Numbered from the stretch's first letter, positions 46,597-56,417 are shown. The stretch is 64,000 nt of DNA from Deltaproteobacteria bacterium ADurb.Bin151 (GCA_002070455.1 MWDG01000003.1:7626-71625), one strand, 5' to 3'. A program made the numbers and translations. The notes: generated by a model from the sequence alone, not told the origin.

Positions 46597-48780
46597 ATGA
46601 AATATACTCACAGGAAGCTTCATCACGGGTATGCCAATCAAATCCTGCATGTTGATCTGACAGCAGAGACCATTGCCGTCTCTGTGCTTGACCCGGAAAT
46701 TCGAGATTTCTTTATCGGCGGTCGAGGGTTGGGGCTCTATCTCTTGCATGAAAAAATTACCTCGCAGACCGGGGCGTACGATCCGGAAAATCCACTGATC
46801 TTTTCGCCGGGTCCGCTGGGCGGCATACCGCAGTTTCCGGGCACAAGCAAATGCATGGCAGTTTCTTTGTCTCCTCTGACCCGTATCCCGGGAGTATCCA
46901 ATTTTGGCGGATATTTCGGGGCCTATCTGAAATATTCCGGGTTTGACGCCCTGACCATTACGGGTATTGCCAGAGAAAGTGTTATGATTGTCATCGATGG
47001 TTTCAAACAGGAAATCAGCATTACCTCTGCACAAATTGCCGATCAGGTCTTTGACCTCGAGAAATCTGTCGTGGATCATTTTTTGCGTGAGGGTCATGAA
47101 AAAAAGGAAATTACCTTTTTAACCACAGGTGTCGGCGCAGCCACTACAGTATTCGGCTGCATCAACAGCCATTATTATGATGCTACCAAACCGGTTGACG
47201 GAGCAAAAGGCCTGTTCCGTACAAAACAGGCCGGACGCACGGGGATTGGTTCCGTAATGAGCCGTAAGAATATTATCGCAATTGTCGTTCTGGCTGAATT
47301 TCCGCACGGCGAGAATCCTTACGGCGCGGCAAACTGGGGTAAAGTGAAAGAAGCGGGAACAAGGCTCCACGAAATTATCAGAGACGTGGACCCGCAGGCC
47401 CTTCAGATGCACCGGAAGGGATCTGCCGGCTTAATTTCTTTTATGAATAAAGACGAATATCAATCCCTGCCGGTGCATAACTATCAGTTTGGATCGCATC
47501 CGAAGGCCGGACAAATCTGCGGCAAGACATATGCCGAAAGGCTCTTTGATCATCGGGGCATGGATGGGTGCTTTCCGGGTTGCAATTTGCGCTGCACGAA
47601 AGGCGGCTGGGTTACGCTGACAACCGGTATACATGCCGGCCGCAAAGTCTGGGTGGATGGTCCGGAGTACGAAACCGCCGCGGGTTTCGGGGCCAATCTG
47701 GGCATGTGGCACCCCGAATTTATCATGGAAGCCAACTGGCACTGTGACAATTACGGCATGGACACCATATCGACTTCCGTGATCATGGCCTTTGTGATGG
47801 AATGCTATCAGCGAGGTTACCTGATCAGGGAAGATACAGATGGTTTTGAACTGACCTGGGGGGATGAACAGGCCGCGCTGCAGTTTATCCACGACCTCGC
47901 ATACCGCAAGACCGACCTGGTCGGGGCTGCCGGACGGGGAATGGTGGAGCTTGCGGCCTGGGTGTCCGAAAAATATACTGCAAGAACCGGGCGGCCCAAA
48001 CCGGTGAAGGAGTTGCAGCAGTTTGCCATGCAGACCAAAGGGCTGCCGTTCTCTCTTTACCGGACGCACCGGTCGCTGTCCATGCAGGCCTCCTACGCGG
48101 CAGCCAGCGATATCGGCGCGCATCACGCAGCTGCCTGGCTGGTCAAAGTAGACCTGCTGGGGGCATTTCCCACCTTTGAAGCAAAGGCGAAGGCGCTCAT
48201 TGCGTATCCGCGCGTGCGTCTGGGAAATGATAATCTGGGGCTGTGTAAGCTTCCCTGGGTGGATGTTTTTAATCCTGATTCTCTCCGGCGCGGGGACACG
48301 GATATTTATATCAATCCGGCGTCACAGGAACTCTATGCGGATTTCTACAACGGCATGTTCGGGACCGCGCTGACCTGGGAAAAGATATTTGAACAGACTG
48401 ACCGCGATATCAATCTGCAGAGAGTGATGAATGTCCTGTCTTTCGGTGCGTCAACCGGCGAGCGCGACTGGATTCCCGACCGGGCCATCGGACCCACGGA
48501 AGAAGCGCTTTATAAACGGGAGGCGGATTATCATGACCGTGAGTTGAGTTCCGTCTTGAAAAAGCCCCTTGGGGAAGTTCAGATGATGGATGCAGCAGAA
48601 AAGCTTGAAATCCTGATGAAGCATCGGAAAGAAGAACTGCGGAAATTAATCGTTTTCTATTATCGCCAGCGGGGATGGACCGATACCGGAATTCCAAAAG
48701 TTGAGACACTCAAACAAATCGGACTATGGCAATATCTTTCGGACGAAGCAAAGAAAACGATCACGGGGATGAACGGGTAG
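46597..48780 (+). CDS. aor: Aldehyde:ferredoxin oxidoreductase family (tungstopterin) enzyme
   Basis: YANQILHVDLT....IGGRGLG..LL N-terminal domain. Size of 727 aa and internal AOR-family blocks. Confidence 0.8.
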   Translation: MKYTHRKLHHGYANQILHVDLTAETIAVSVLDPEIRDFFIGGRGLGLYLLHEKITSQTGAYDPENPLIFSPGPLGGIPQFPGTSKCMAVSLSPLTRIPGVSNFGGYFGAYLKYSGFDALTITGIARESVMIVIDGFKQEISITSAQIADQVFDLEKSVVDHFLREGHEKKEITFLTTGVGAATTVFGCINSHYYDATKPVDGAKGLFRTKQAGRTGIGSVMSRKNIIAIVVLAEFPHGENPYGAANWGKVKEAGTRLHEIIRDVDPQALQMHRKGSAGLISFMNKDEYQSLPVHNYQFGSHPKAGQICGKTYAERLFDHRGMDGCFPGCNLRCTKGGWVTLTTGIHAGRKVWVDGPEYETAAGFGANLGMWHPEFIMEANWHCDNYGMDTISTSVIMAFVMECYQRGYLIREDTDGFELTWGDEQAALQFIHDLAYRKTDLVGAAGRGMVELAAWVSEKYTARTGRPKPVKELQQFAMQTKGLPFSLYRTHRSLSMQASYAAASDIGAHHAAAWLVKVDLLGAFPTFEAKAKALIAYPRVRLGNDNLGLCKLPWVDVFNPDSLRRGDTDIYINPASQELYADFYNGMFGTALTWEKIFEQTDRDINLQRVMNVLSFGASTGERDWIPDRAIGPTEEALYKREADYHDRELSSVLKKPLGEVQMMDAAEKLEILMKHRKEELRKLIVFYYRQRGWTDTGIPKVETLKQIGLWQYLSDEAKKTITGMNG

Positions 48781-48841
48781 ATCGGTGCGGGGCGCATGTT
48801 TTCTTCCTTCATCCTGAATGTTCCGGAGCATATTCCGTTTC

Positions 48842-49573
48842 ATGCGGAAAAAAATTGAAAGGGGGCGGGATGTGGCTAAAAGGAACCTGTCAGCAGGAAT
48901 TAAAAACTGGCCGCCCGATGATCGGCCCAGGGAAAAGCTGATCCGGAAGGGTGCAGAAGCGCTCAGCAATTCCGAGCTGCTGGCTATTCTTTTGCGCACA
49001 GGCTCAAAGGGAAAAAGCGCGATCGATCTGGCACGCAACATTATGGAGAAATTTGGTACATTTAGAAACATGAGCCATACGGATGCGCGCGATTGGAAAG
49101 AATTCAGGGGCCTTGGTCCGGCCAAAATCGCTCAAATCAACGCAGCGCTGGAAATCGGACGGCGTTTTCGTGAAGATGAGATCCGTTTAACGCAGCAAAA
49201 GGTTACTTCCGCTTCAGATGTGGCCGATCTTCTTATGCCGCAGATGCGTGATCTGAAAACAGAAGTCTTCAAGGTGGTCTATCTCAACAGCAATCACCGC
49301 ATTATCGAGATCAGTGATGCCGCGAAGGGTACGGTGAATCAGGCAATTCCGATTGTGCGGGAGATCATTCATACAGCCCTGCAGCTTTTTGCGTCATCGA
49401 TCATCTGTGCCCACAATCATCCCGGTGCCAGTATCATTCCCAGTCCCGAGGATAAAAAGTTTACACAGGAACTTTCCGCTGCGGGAAAGCTGATGGCTGT
49501 GAGGATTTTAGATCACCTTATCATAGGCGACGGCAGCTACTTTAGTTTCGCAGATGAAGGGCTCATTTTTTAA
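48842..49573 (+). CDS. radC: RadC-family JAB/MPN domain protein
   Basis: DDRPREKL...LS.SELLAILLRTG..G.SA.DLA and the C-terminal HNHPGAS...PS.ED (JAMM-like) motif. The start is uncertain (ATG 48818/48842 or GTG 48872). Confidence 0.8.
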   Translation: MRKKIERGRDVAKRNLSAGIKNWPPDDRPREKLIRKGAEALSNSELLAILLRTGSKGKSAIDLARNIMEKFGTFRNMSHTDARDWKEFRGLGPAKIAQINAALEIGRRFREDEIRLTQQKVTSASDVADLLMPQMRDLKTEVFKVVYLNSNHRIIEISDAAKGTVNQAIPIVREIIHTALQLFASSIICAHNHPGASIIPSPEDKKFTQELSAAGKLMAVRILDHLIIGDGSYFSFADEGLIF

Positions 49574-49654
49574 TTTTGCTCTTGCGTGATGAAAGAAGAC
49601 CAGAGAGCTTTGCACAACCAGGTCCATTTATTTATTCTGTCATACCGGCGTAGC

Positions 49655-49784
49655 AGATTGTGTCGCAATTCTTCTTTGTCATTACGAGACGCCTCTCAGG
49701 CGTCGTGGTAATCTCATGTATTCGTGAACTTATGAGATTGCTTCGGTCGTTTCCCTCCCTCGCAATGACATTACGACACAGTCT
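49655..49784 (+). repeat. 130-nt nested-palindrome (MITE/REP-like) element, copy 1 (diverged)
   Basis: Terminal inverted repeats AGATTGTGTCGCAAT...CATTACGACACAGTCT. Internal hairpins GACGCCTCTCAGGCGTC and TAATCTCAT...ATGAGATTG. Homologous to 56418..56548 and 61971..62101. Confidence 0.8.
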
Positions 49785-50023
49785 CGTAGGCCGGTATCCT
49801 GTAGTTATTTAATTCTTGGTTCCCGGCTTTCGCCGGGACAACGCCTGGATTCCGTTTTTCACCTCAATGACGAAAAAAAGAATTATGCAAAGCTTTCGAC
49901 CGCAAAGCGGGAAAGGGTTTATCCTTTTGACATTTCTCCGTAATTTTTCGGTGCTGGTCTGCTGAAAGCACATTGTGTTATAATTCCAAAAAGGTAACTA
50001 TTCGGGAGAGGGGATATCCGAAA

Positions 50024-50866
50024 ATGAATACCATGCCGGCTGATGCCTCAACAGTGGTGCTGCTGAGGCCCTGTCGTGAAAAATCCATACAGGATATCGA
50101 GGTCCTTCTGGTCTTGAGGAACCGGCAAAGCAGTTTTGTTCCCGGTTACCACGTGTTTCCAGGAGGCAGTCTTGATCCGGAGGATTATCAGCCCGGCGTC
50201 GAGGGTTTTGTCCAGGGTATTGATCGGCCTCAAGCTGCCCGGATTCTTCCGGATATGTCGAGCCCGGAAAAGGCACTGGGATCCTGGGTGGCGGGAATCC
50301 GTGAGACATTTGAAGAAGTGGGTATTCTGATGGCCCGGAAAAAAGACGGCACGCCGATTTCCATCGGGCTGCGTGAGGAACGTCAGCGTTTTACCCGCTA
50401 CAGGCAGCTGCTCAACAAAGGAGAAATGAAATTCTTACAGATGCTGGAAGCAGAAAATATTTTGATTTCCGGTGATCGCCTTCATTACTTTTCTCACTGG
50501 ATTACACCGGAATTTCTGCCCCTGCGCTATGATGTGCGTTTTTTTGTAACGGAAGCTCCGGAAGACCAATCCGTTGTTCATGATGGCGTGGAACTGACGG
50601 ATCATGCCTGGATGCGGCCTTCTTTGGCGCTGGCGGACTACGAAGCAGGTAAGATTGGAATGGTTCTCCCACAGATCATTACGCTGGAAGAACTTTCCCG
50701 TTTTAAAACAGTTGAAGAAGTCATCGCGTCCGCCCGGACGCGCCATGTTCCTGCCACACTGACAAAGATTGTTCAGATGGATGGCAAAGATGTGGAAGTC
50801 ATGCCCGACGGGACCATTTTTGAGAATCGTCCACCCGTGTATTCATGGCCCGATGAAAACAAATAG
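50024..50866 (+). CDS. NUDIX hydrolase family protein
   Basis: ATG at 50024. Nudix box ...FPGGSLD...GIRETFEEVGIL. Confidence 0.7.
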   Translation: MNTMPADASTVVLLRPCREKSIQDIEVLLVLRNRQSSFVPGYHVFPGGSLDPEDYQPGVEGFVQGIDRPQAARILPDMSSPEKALGSWVAGIRETFEEVGILMARKKDGTPISIGLREERQRFTRYRQLLNKGEMKFLQMLEAENILISGDRLHYFSHWITPEFLPLRYDVRFFVTEAPEDQSVVHDGVELTDHAWMRPSLALADYEAGKIGMVLPQIITLEELSRFKTVEEVIASARTRHVPATLTKIVQMDGKDVEVMPDGTIFENRPPVYSWPDENK

Positions 50867-50889
50867 GCCGCGCAGCAGGATCTATATGT

Positions 50890-50917
50890 TTGACAAATTA
50901 TTCAAACAACCTATAAT
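50890..50917 (+). promoter_or_regulatory. Consensus sigma-70 promoter TTGACA-16-TATAAT
   Basis: Perfect -35 (50890-50895) and -10 (50912-50917) hexamers 29 nt upstream of the 50947 ATG, which has a GGAGGA SD. Confidence 0.7.
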
Positions 50918-50946
50918 GCAATGAAACAAACCGGAGGATACAGGCT

Positions 50947-51198
50947 ATGACCTATCTACCTGAAGACAGCCCGAAGCAAAACCGTCTGGAAGTGATCAAA
51001 CAGGCATTAAAGGACAAGGCGCCCCTCACTTATGCATCATTGGAAACGTCGGGTAAACTCCAGGAATATCTGGAAGCCCATGACGATGAAATGATGGCGC
51101 GTTACAGCGATGCGAGAAAAAAGGCGTGGGAAGATACGCTGCAAAGCTTCCTCGGGTTTGCCGATTCTTGTTGTGATGAGACTTCTTCACCTATGTAG
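50947..51198 (+). CDS. Small acidic cytoplasmic protein, unknown function
   Basis: 83-aa ORF with a strong SD and a consensus promoter. No family recognised. Confidence 0.55.
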   Translation: MTYLPEDSPKQNRLEVIKQALKDKAPLTYASLETSGKLQEYLEAHDDEMMARYSDARKKAWEDTLQSFLGFADSCCDETSSPM

Positions 51199-51305
51199 AA
51201 TTACGCGTAGTTTGATGTCTTTTCTGTCTCATTCCTTTTTTTCATCATGTGCCCGGAACCTCTCATAGGGTTTTTTACCCTGACTCCGGTGAAGAACTAT
51301 AATTA

Positions 51306-51334
51306 TTGACACGCGGCGGGGTTGTCTATATAAT
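51306..51334 (+). promoter_or_regulatory. Perfect consensus sigma-70 promoter TTGACA-17-TATAAT
   Basis: -35 at 51306-51311 and -10 at 51329-51334, with a 17-nt spacer, 54 nt upstream of the 51389 ATG (SD GGAGGTGA). Confidence 0.75.
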
Positions 51335-51388
51335 TCATCAATAAGAAAGTAATCCTTTGTAATCAGACAAATCAAATGGAGGTGAGAA

Positions 51389-51676
51389 ATGAAAAATTTG
51401 AAGGGTTTACTCTTTATCGTCATTTTTGCAATGATATTTACATTGGCAGCTTCTCAGTCTTTTGCGCAGCCGCCTGGTCCGCCTCCTCCCGGACCACATC
51501 GCTATGGTCCACCTCCATCGAAACACCGTAGTTATTGCGTTGACCGGTGCCGTCACAATCAACGAGCTGCTCTAAGGGGATGCAGATATCACTCAAGACC
51601 CGGTTATTATCGCCGTTGTGAAAGACAGGCCGATCAACGATACCATCGATGCATCAGCCGGTGTCGTTATCGTTAG
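51389..51676 (+). CDS. Small secreted Pro/Arg/His/Cys-rich protein, unknown function
   Basis: Signal peptide MKNLKGLLFIVIFAMIFTLAASQSFA. The mature ~70 aa begin QPPGPPPPGPHRYGPPP, then six Cys spaced C-x3-C-x10-C-x11-C-x10-C-x3-C in a very basic context. Confidence 0.65.
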   Translation: MKNLKGLLFIVIFAMIFTLAASQSFAQPPGPPPPGPHRYGPPPSKHRSYCVDRCRHNQRAALRGCRYHSRPGYYRRCERQADQRYHRCISRCRYR

Positions 51677-51757
51677 AGAATGTAAGAGTTGTGCCAGCTT
51701 CTGAATGTTGTAAATTATTGAACTAATGAAGTAAACGTTGCTTTCTTGAGTCATGTA

Positions 51758-51796
51758 AAAACACCCGTCAGGGCCCTTCCTGCCGGGTGTTTTTTT
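51758..51796 (+). terminator. Rho-independent terminator
   Basis: ACACCCG...CGGGTGT stem followed by a T7 run. Confidence 0.75.
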
Positions 51797-52503
51797 GATT
51801 TGTTGAAACTTCGAATGCAAGGGCTTCAAAATATAAAACCCCTCGAGGATGATGACTTCCTACGGGGGGTAACGAGATCCGGCTGTGTCGCGCTGCTTGA
51901 TCAATGGAGTTACATCATTGAACATTGGTCTTTAGGACGATTACAGTCACGAAGACCCTGTGTTCGATTAACGATAATCCGGCAGAATAAACTCCACACG
52001 AACACAACGGTATCTCGATTCAGCACTTTCTTCAAAAAAGAGAGCTGCAATGCCTTTTTACATACATAAGCTGTAGTCAGCTCATAAACAACTGCTTTTG
52101 CAGTCTGGCATTGTAACATTACCACGAACACCCAACGATGTTTCTTTCATTACCTCCAATTTAATGGTGCTAATTCTGTTCACATCATTCGGGCATTGCA
52201 GCATCTCTATTGCTTATAGTTTAATGCCACCCCCCGCTTATGTCAAGGAGTGTTTTGACAGGAGAGTATTGCCGGGTTTTCCCGGGACGGTCTTGAAATA
52301 TCAATTGGAAATGAAAAAAAGATAAGTCTTATTTCCTATTTATGTCATTTTATGCTAAATTATAAATGAAAAGATGTTTCATATGAGGCATCCTCAGGAT
52401 GCGGGTCCATAACCTGATGAATCCTTTCTGTCTATGTAGCATGAAGAGTACCCCGTTTTGTTGCGTTGATATGGGGTTGCAATTTTAATCTGTAGGATGG
52501 AAC

Positions 52504-53661
52504 ATGGCTACTGTCATTGAACAAACAGGGCGGCAAACTCTTCTGCAGAAAATACTTCATTTTTCGATTATTCCCAAAGGTGATAAACAACAGGCGGTTC
52601 GCATGCGCCGTTTCCTGATGGCATTTGCCTGCTATGTTCTTTGCTCCATTCTGGCTTATATTTCCTATCTGGCAAATATCATGGAATGGCATGGAATGAT
52701 TGGAATTCTGTTAATTTGTTGTTTCAATAATATTATTTTATATATCATTTTCCGCACCGGATTGAATCTCAGGATGTCTGATCCCAGCCTTACGGCCATC
52801 CAAATGTGCGCGGCTGTTCTGGTGATCATGTACGGAATGTATTTTGCAAATGAATCTCGTGCTGTCCTGTTGCTTGTTTATGTTATCGTCCTTATGTTTG
52901 GCATATTTCGGCTGGATATCCGTAGTTTTTTGTTTGTCAGTGTGTTTACGCTGGTAACCTATGGAATTGATATCATCCTTCTTTATCACTTTCGTTCCAA
53001 GGACATCAATTTCAAGATGGAATTCCTGCAGATGGTGGTCTTTGCCCTGGTACTGGTTGCTATTTCTGTTATCGGGGGCTACATAAGTAATCTGCGCAAG
53101 AAACTCGGCAAATCACTCTCTGTTATTCGGGAAATGTCCATTCGTGACGAACTGACCGGAGCCAGCAACCGTAGGCACATTATGGAACAGCTTGAAAATG
53201 AGCGGCAGCGGGTGTCCCGCGGGGGTGAACGCTTCTCTATTGCCATGCTGGACATCGATCATTTTAAAACCGTTAACGATACCCTTGGACATCTTGCCGG
53301 AGATGAAGTTTTGAGAGGAACTTCAAATGTTATTCGCAACAGCCTTCGCAGTGTAGACTTATACGGCCGTTTCGGAGGAGAGGAATTTCTGATTATCATG
53401 ACGCAAACAGATATTGAAGGAGCGATGATCTGTGCGGAACGTGTCCGTAAAGCGGTTGAACAGAAACGATTCCCCTCATTGGGGAACGATTTCAAAGTGA
53501 CCGTTTCTTTGGGTTTGACAGATTATCGCAAAAATGAAAAAATCGATACAACAATAGCCCGTGCCGATCTGGCTCTTTACCGGGCCAAGGACGGGGGCAG
53601 AAACCGCGTGAAATATGATTCCATAATGTATCCGGAATCTGAATTGACCATCCTTTCCTGA
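52504..53661 (+). CDS. Membrane-anchored diguanylate cyclase (GGDEF)
   Basis: Multi-TM N-terminal half, then RDELTGASNRR...DIDHFK.VND..GH..GD..L...GRFGGEEF (GGEEF active site). Confidence 0.85.
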   Translation: MATVIEQTGRQTLLQKILHFSIIPKGDKQQAVRMRRFLMAFACYVLCSILAYISYLANIMEWHGMIGILLICCFNNIILYIIFRTGLNLRMSDPSLTAIQMCAAVLVIMYGMYFANESRAVLLLVYVIVLMFGIFRLDIRSFLFVSVFTLVTYGIDIILLYHFRSKDINFKMEFLQMVVFALVLVAISVIGGYISNLRKKLGKSLSVIREMSIRDELTGASNRRHIMEQLENERQRVSRGGERFSIAMLDIDHFKTVNDTLGHLAGDEVLRGTSNVIRNSLRSVDLYGRFGGEEFLIIMTQTDIEGAMICAERVRKAVEQKRFPSLGNDFKVTVSLGLTDYRKNEKIDTTIARADLALYRAKDGGRNRVKYDSIMYPESELTILS

Positions 53662-53685
53662 AGTATCCATGAGAGGAGATTGTAA

Positions 53686-56325
53686 ATGATAACGAAAGTC
53701 TTAATTGTTGATGACAACAGGGACAACCTCTATCTGCTCAAGACCATATTAAAAGGTCAGGGCTGGGACGTCTTAGAGGCATTAAACGGGAAAGCTGCCC
53801 TGGAAATTGCCATAAACCAGGTTCCCGATTTGATTGTTTCGGATATTCTGATGCCGGTGATGGACGGTTATACTTTCTGCCGGCAATGCAAATCCGATGA
53901 AAAATTAAAGAACATTCCTTTTGTTTTTTACACAGCCACATACACAGAGCCACAGGACGAAAAGTTTGCCCTGGATTTGGGCGCGGATCGATTCATTATC
54001 AAGCCCAGGGATCCGGAAGCGCTGCTTGAGATTCTGGTGGAGTTACTGGAGGAGAAAAGAAACATCCGCACTGATGCTTCAAAGCCCCTGGGTGAGGAAA
54101 TGGAGTTTTTCCGGCGGTATAATGAAATTCTTTTTGGCAAGCTCGAAAAGAAAATGCTGGATCTGGAAACACTGAATCAGGAACTCAGGGCAATGGAAGA
54201 GCAGCATCGGCTGAGTTTGGAAAACGTAAGGGATGTCATTTTTACGCTGGATACGGATTTTAAGATTTTAAGTATGTCTCCGAGTGTGGAGAAAGTGTTG
54301 GGGTACAAGCCAAAGGATTTCATCGGCCGGAATGTTTCTGATTTAGTCTCCCTACTGACCAAACCATCTCTGGATCAGGCAATCAAGCATATCAGCGGGA
54401 TATTAAGAGTGGAAAGCAAGCCGCCGTCAATATATGAGTTTATCGCAAAAGATCGAACCATCAGGGTTGGCGAGATCAGCGGATCCCCGATTATGCTTGA
54501 TGGAAACATTACGGGTATTGTTGGCGTTGCACGGGATATTACCGAGAGTAAGCGGGCGGAGGAAGAGCTGCGCAGGCGTGAGCAGCAGTTTTCTTTGATT
54601 GTCAACAGTTTTCCCGGACGTATTGCCCTGATAGACAGGGACTATCGTTATCGGTTCATCAACAACCAGTTTGAAATATTTCACAGGATGAAGGCTGATC
54701 AGGTGCTCGGTCATACGGTTGCCGAGGTGTTTGGGGAGGAGGTATTTCAACAGATCCGACCCCTTATGCAAAGGGCTATGGACGGTGAAACGGTAAGTAC
54801 CGAAACCCACTTCAAGACACGCAAAGGCAAAATGCTTTATGGCCTCAATACCTATATGCCGGACAGGGCGGCGGATGGAACAGTCAGAGGAATCTTCGGG
54901 GTCATTTTTGACATCACCAAAATAAAAGAGGCGGAAGAAGTTCTGAGAAAGAATGAAGAGAATTTCCGAAATTCCATGGATCAGTCCATTTTGGGAGTGC
55001 GGATTGTCTCTGCTGACGGGGAAACTCTCTATGCCAATCAGGCGCTGTTCGATCTTTTTGGATTTGACGATGTTGATGAGTTGAAAAATACTCCTGTGAC
55101 GAAGTGCTACACTAAAGAGAGCCTCGCTGAAAACAAGATAAGAAGAGAAGAGCGAAAACAAGGTAAGAGCGGGCCTTTGAATTATGTCATCAGCATCATC
55201 AGAAAAGATGGAAATATTCGCCATCTTGATGTTTTCCGTAAAGAGATTATGTGGGATGGTGTCCGGCGTTTCCAGGTTCTTTATAACGATATTACCGATC
55301 GCAGGAAAGCGGAGGAATCACTGCGGGAACGTGACATCCGGTTTAACAAACTGTCTCTGAATGTTCCCGGAATGATTTTTCAATTCATGAGAAGACCGGA
55401 CGGGACCTATTGTGTTCCATTCAGTTCAAAAGCCATTGTGAACATTTTTGGCTGTTCACCGGAAGATGTGCGTGATGATTTCTCCCCGGTTGTCAGAGTC
55501 ACATTGCCTGAAGATATAGATAAACTAATTAAGTCAATTGAATTATCCGCTCTACAAATGACCACCTGGCAATGTGAATACAGGGTGCAGATACCCGGTC
55601 AGCCGGTTAAATGGTTGTTCGGCCAATCAACGCCGGAGAAATTAGCTGACGGCAGTATCCTCTGGCATGGTTTCAATACCGATATCACGGAACGAAAAAA
55701 GTCACAGGAAGAACTTCAGCAGACGCTGGACAGGCTCAGCAAAGCGATGAACACAACCATCCATCTTCTGGCAGGCGCCGTCGAAGCGCGGGACCCTTAT
55801 ACGGCGGGTCACCAGACAAGGTCAGCGGACCTTGCCCGCGCCATTGCAACGGAAATGGGAATCCCAAAAGCAAAAATTGATGGCATCGGAATGGCATGTT
55901 CGATTCATGACATTGGGAAACTGTCTGTGCCTGCCGAAATCCTGACGAAATCCTCAAAACTGACGAAGGTAGAGTTTGCCCTGGTCAAGGAGCATGCTGT
56001 AAAAGGGTACGATATGCTGAAGGACGTGGAGTCATCCTGGCCGTTGGCAGAGATGGTTTATCAGCACCACGAGCGGATGGACGGATCGGGTTATCCGAGA
56101 AATCTGAAAGGGGAAGAGATTATCATGGAAGCCCGCATTCTTGCCGTTGCCGATGTTGTGGAAGCCATGTCGTCCCATCGTCCCTACCGTCCGGCACTGG
56201 GTGTTGAGGCGGCCCTGGAGGAGATCGAGAAAAACAGAGGGACTCTTTATGACAACACTGTTGCCGATGCTTGTGTGAAATTGTTTCGGGACAAAGGCTA
56301 TCATTTCCCGGAGATAACCTTGTAA
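53686..56325 (+). CDS. Response-regulator receiver - multi-PAS - HD-GYP phosphodiesterase
   Basis: REC (VLIVDDN...SDILMP..DG), several PAS-like repeats (ARDITE/FDITK/NDITDR/TDITERK ends), then HDIGKL...HHERMDGSGYP. Confidence 0.85.
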   Translation: MITKVLIVDDNRDNLYLLKTILKGQGWDVLEALNGKAALEIAINQVPDLIVSDILMPVMDGYTFCRQCKSDEKLKNIPFVFYTATYTEPQDEKFALDLGADRFIIKPRDPEALLEILVELLEEKRNIRTDASKPLGEEMEFFRRYNEILFGKLEKKMLDLETLNQELRAMEEQHRLSLENVRDVIFTLDTDFKILSMSPSVEKVLGYKPKDFIGRNVSDLVSLLTKPSLDQAIKHISGILRVESKPPSIYEFIAKDRTIRVGEISGSPIMLDGNITGIVGVARDITESKRAEEELRRREQQFSLIVNSFPGRIALIDRDYRYRFINNQFEIFHRMKADQVLGHTVAEVFGEEVFQQIRPLMQRAMDGETVSTETHFKTRKGKMLYGLNTYMPDRAADGTVRGIFGVIFDITKIKEAEEVLRKNEENFRNSMDQSILGVRIVSADGETLYANQALFDLFGFDDVDELKNTPVTKCYTKESLAENKIRREERKQGKSGPLNYVISIIRKDGNIRHLDVFRKEIMWDGVRRFQVLYNDITDRRKAEESLRERDIRFNKLSLNVPGMIFQFMRRPDGTYCVPFSSKAIVNIFGCSPEDVRDDFSPVVRVTLPEDIDKLIKSIELSALQMTTWQCEYRVQIPGQPVKWLFGQSTPEKLADGSILWHGFNTDITERKKSQEELQQTLDRLSKAMNTTIHLLAGAVEARDPYTAGHQTRSADLARAIATEMGIPKAKIDGIGMACSIHDIGKLSVPAEILTKSSKLTKVEFALVKEHAVKGYDMLKDVESSWPLAEMVYQHHERMDGSGYPRNLKGEEIIMEARILAVADVVEAMSSHRPYRPALGVEAALEEIEKNRGTLYDNTVADACVKLFRDKGYHFPEITL

Positions 56326-56417
56326 ATCTTTTTCACGATAGTTTATTCAGCCGGTAAAGAAAAGAGCGGTTGTTTTCATCCTGGAACGGTTTTATTTTCT
56401 TGTCCCCCTTTGGAAAG

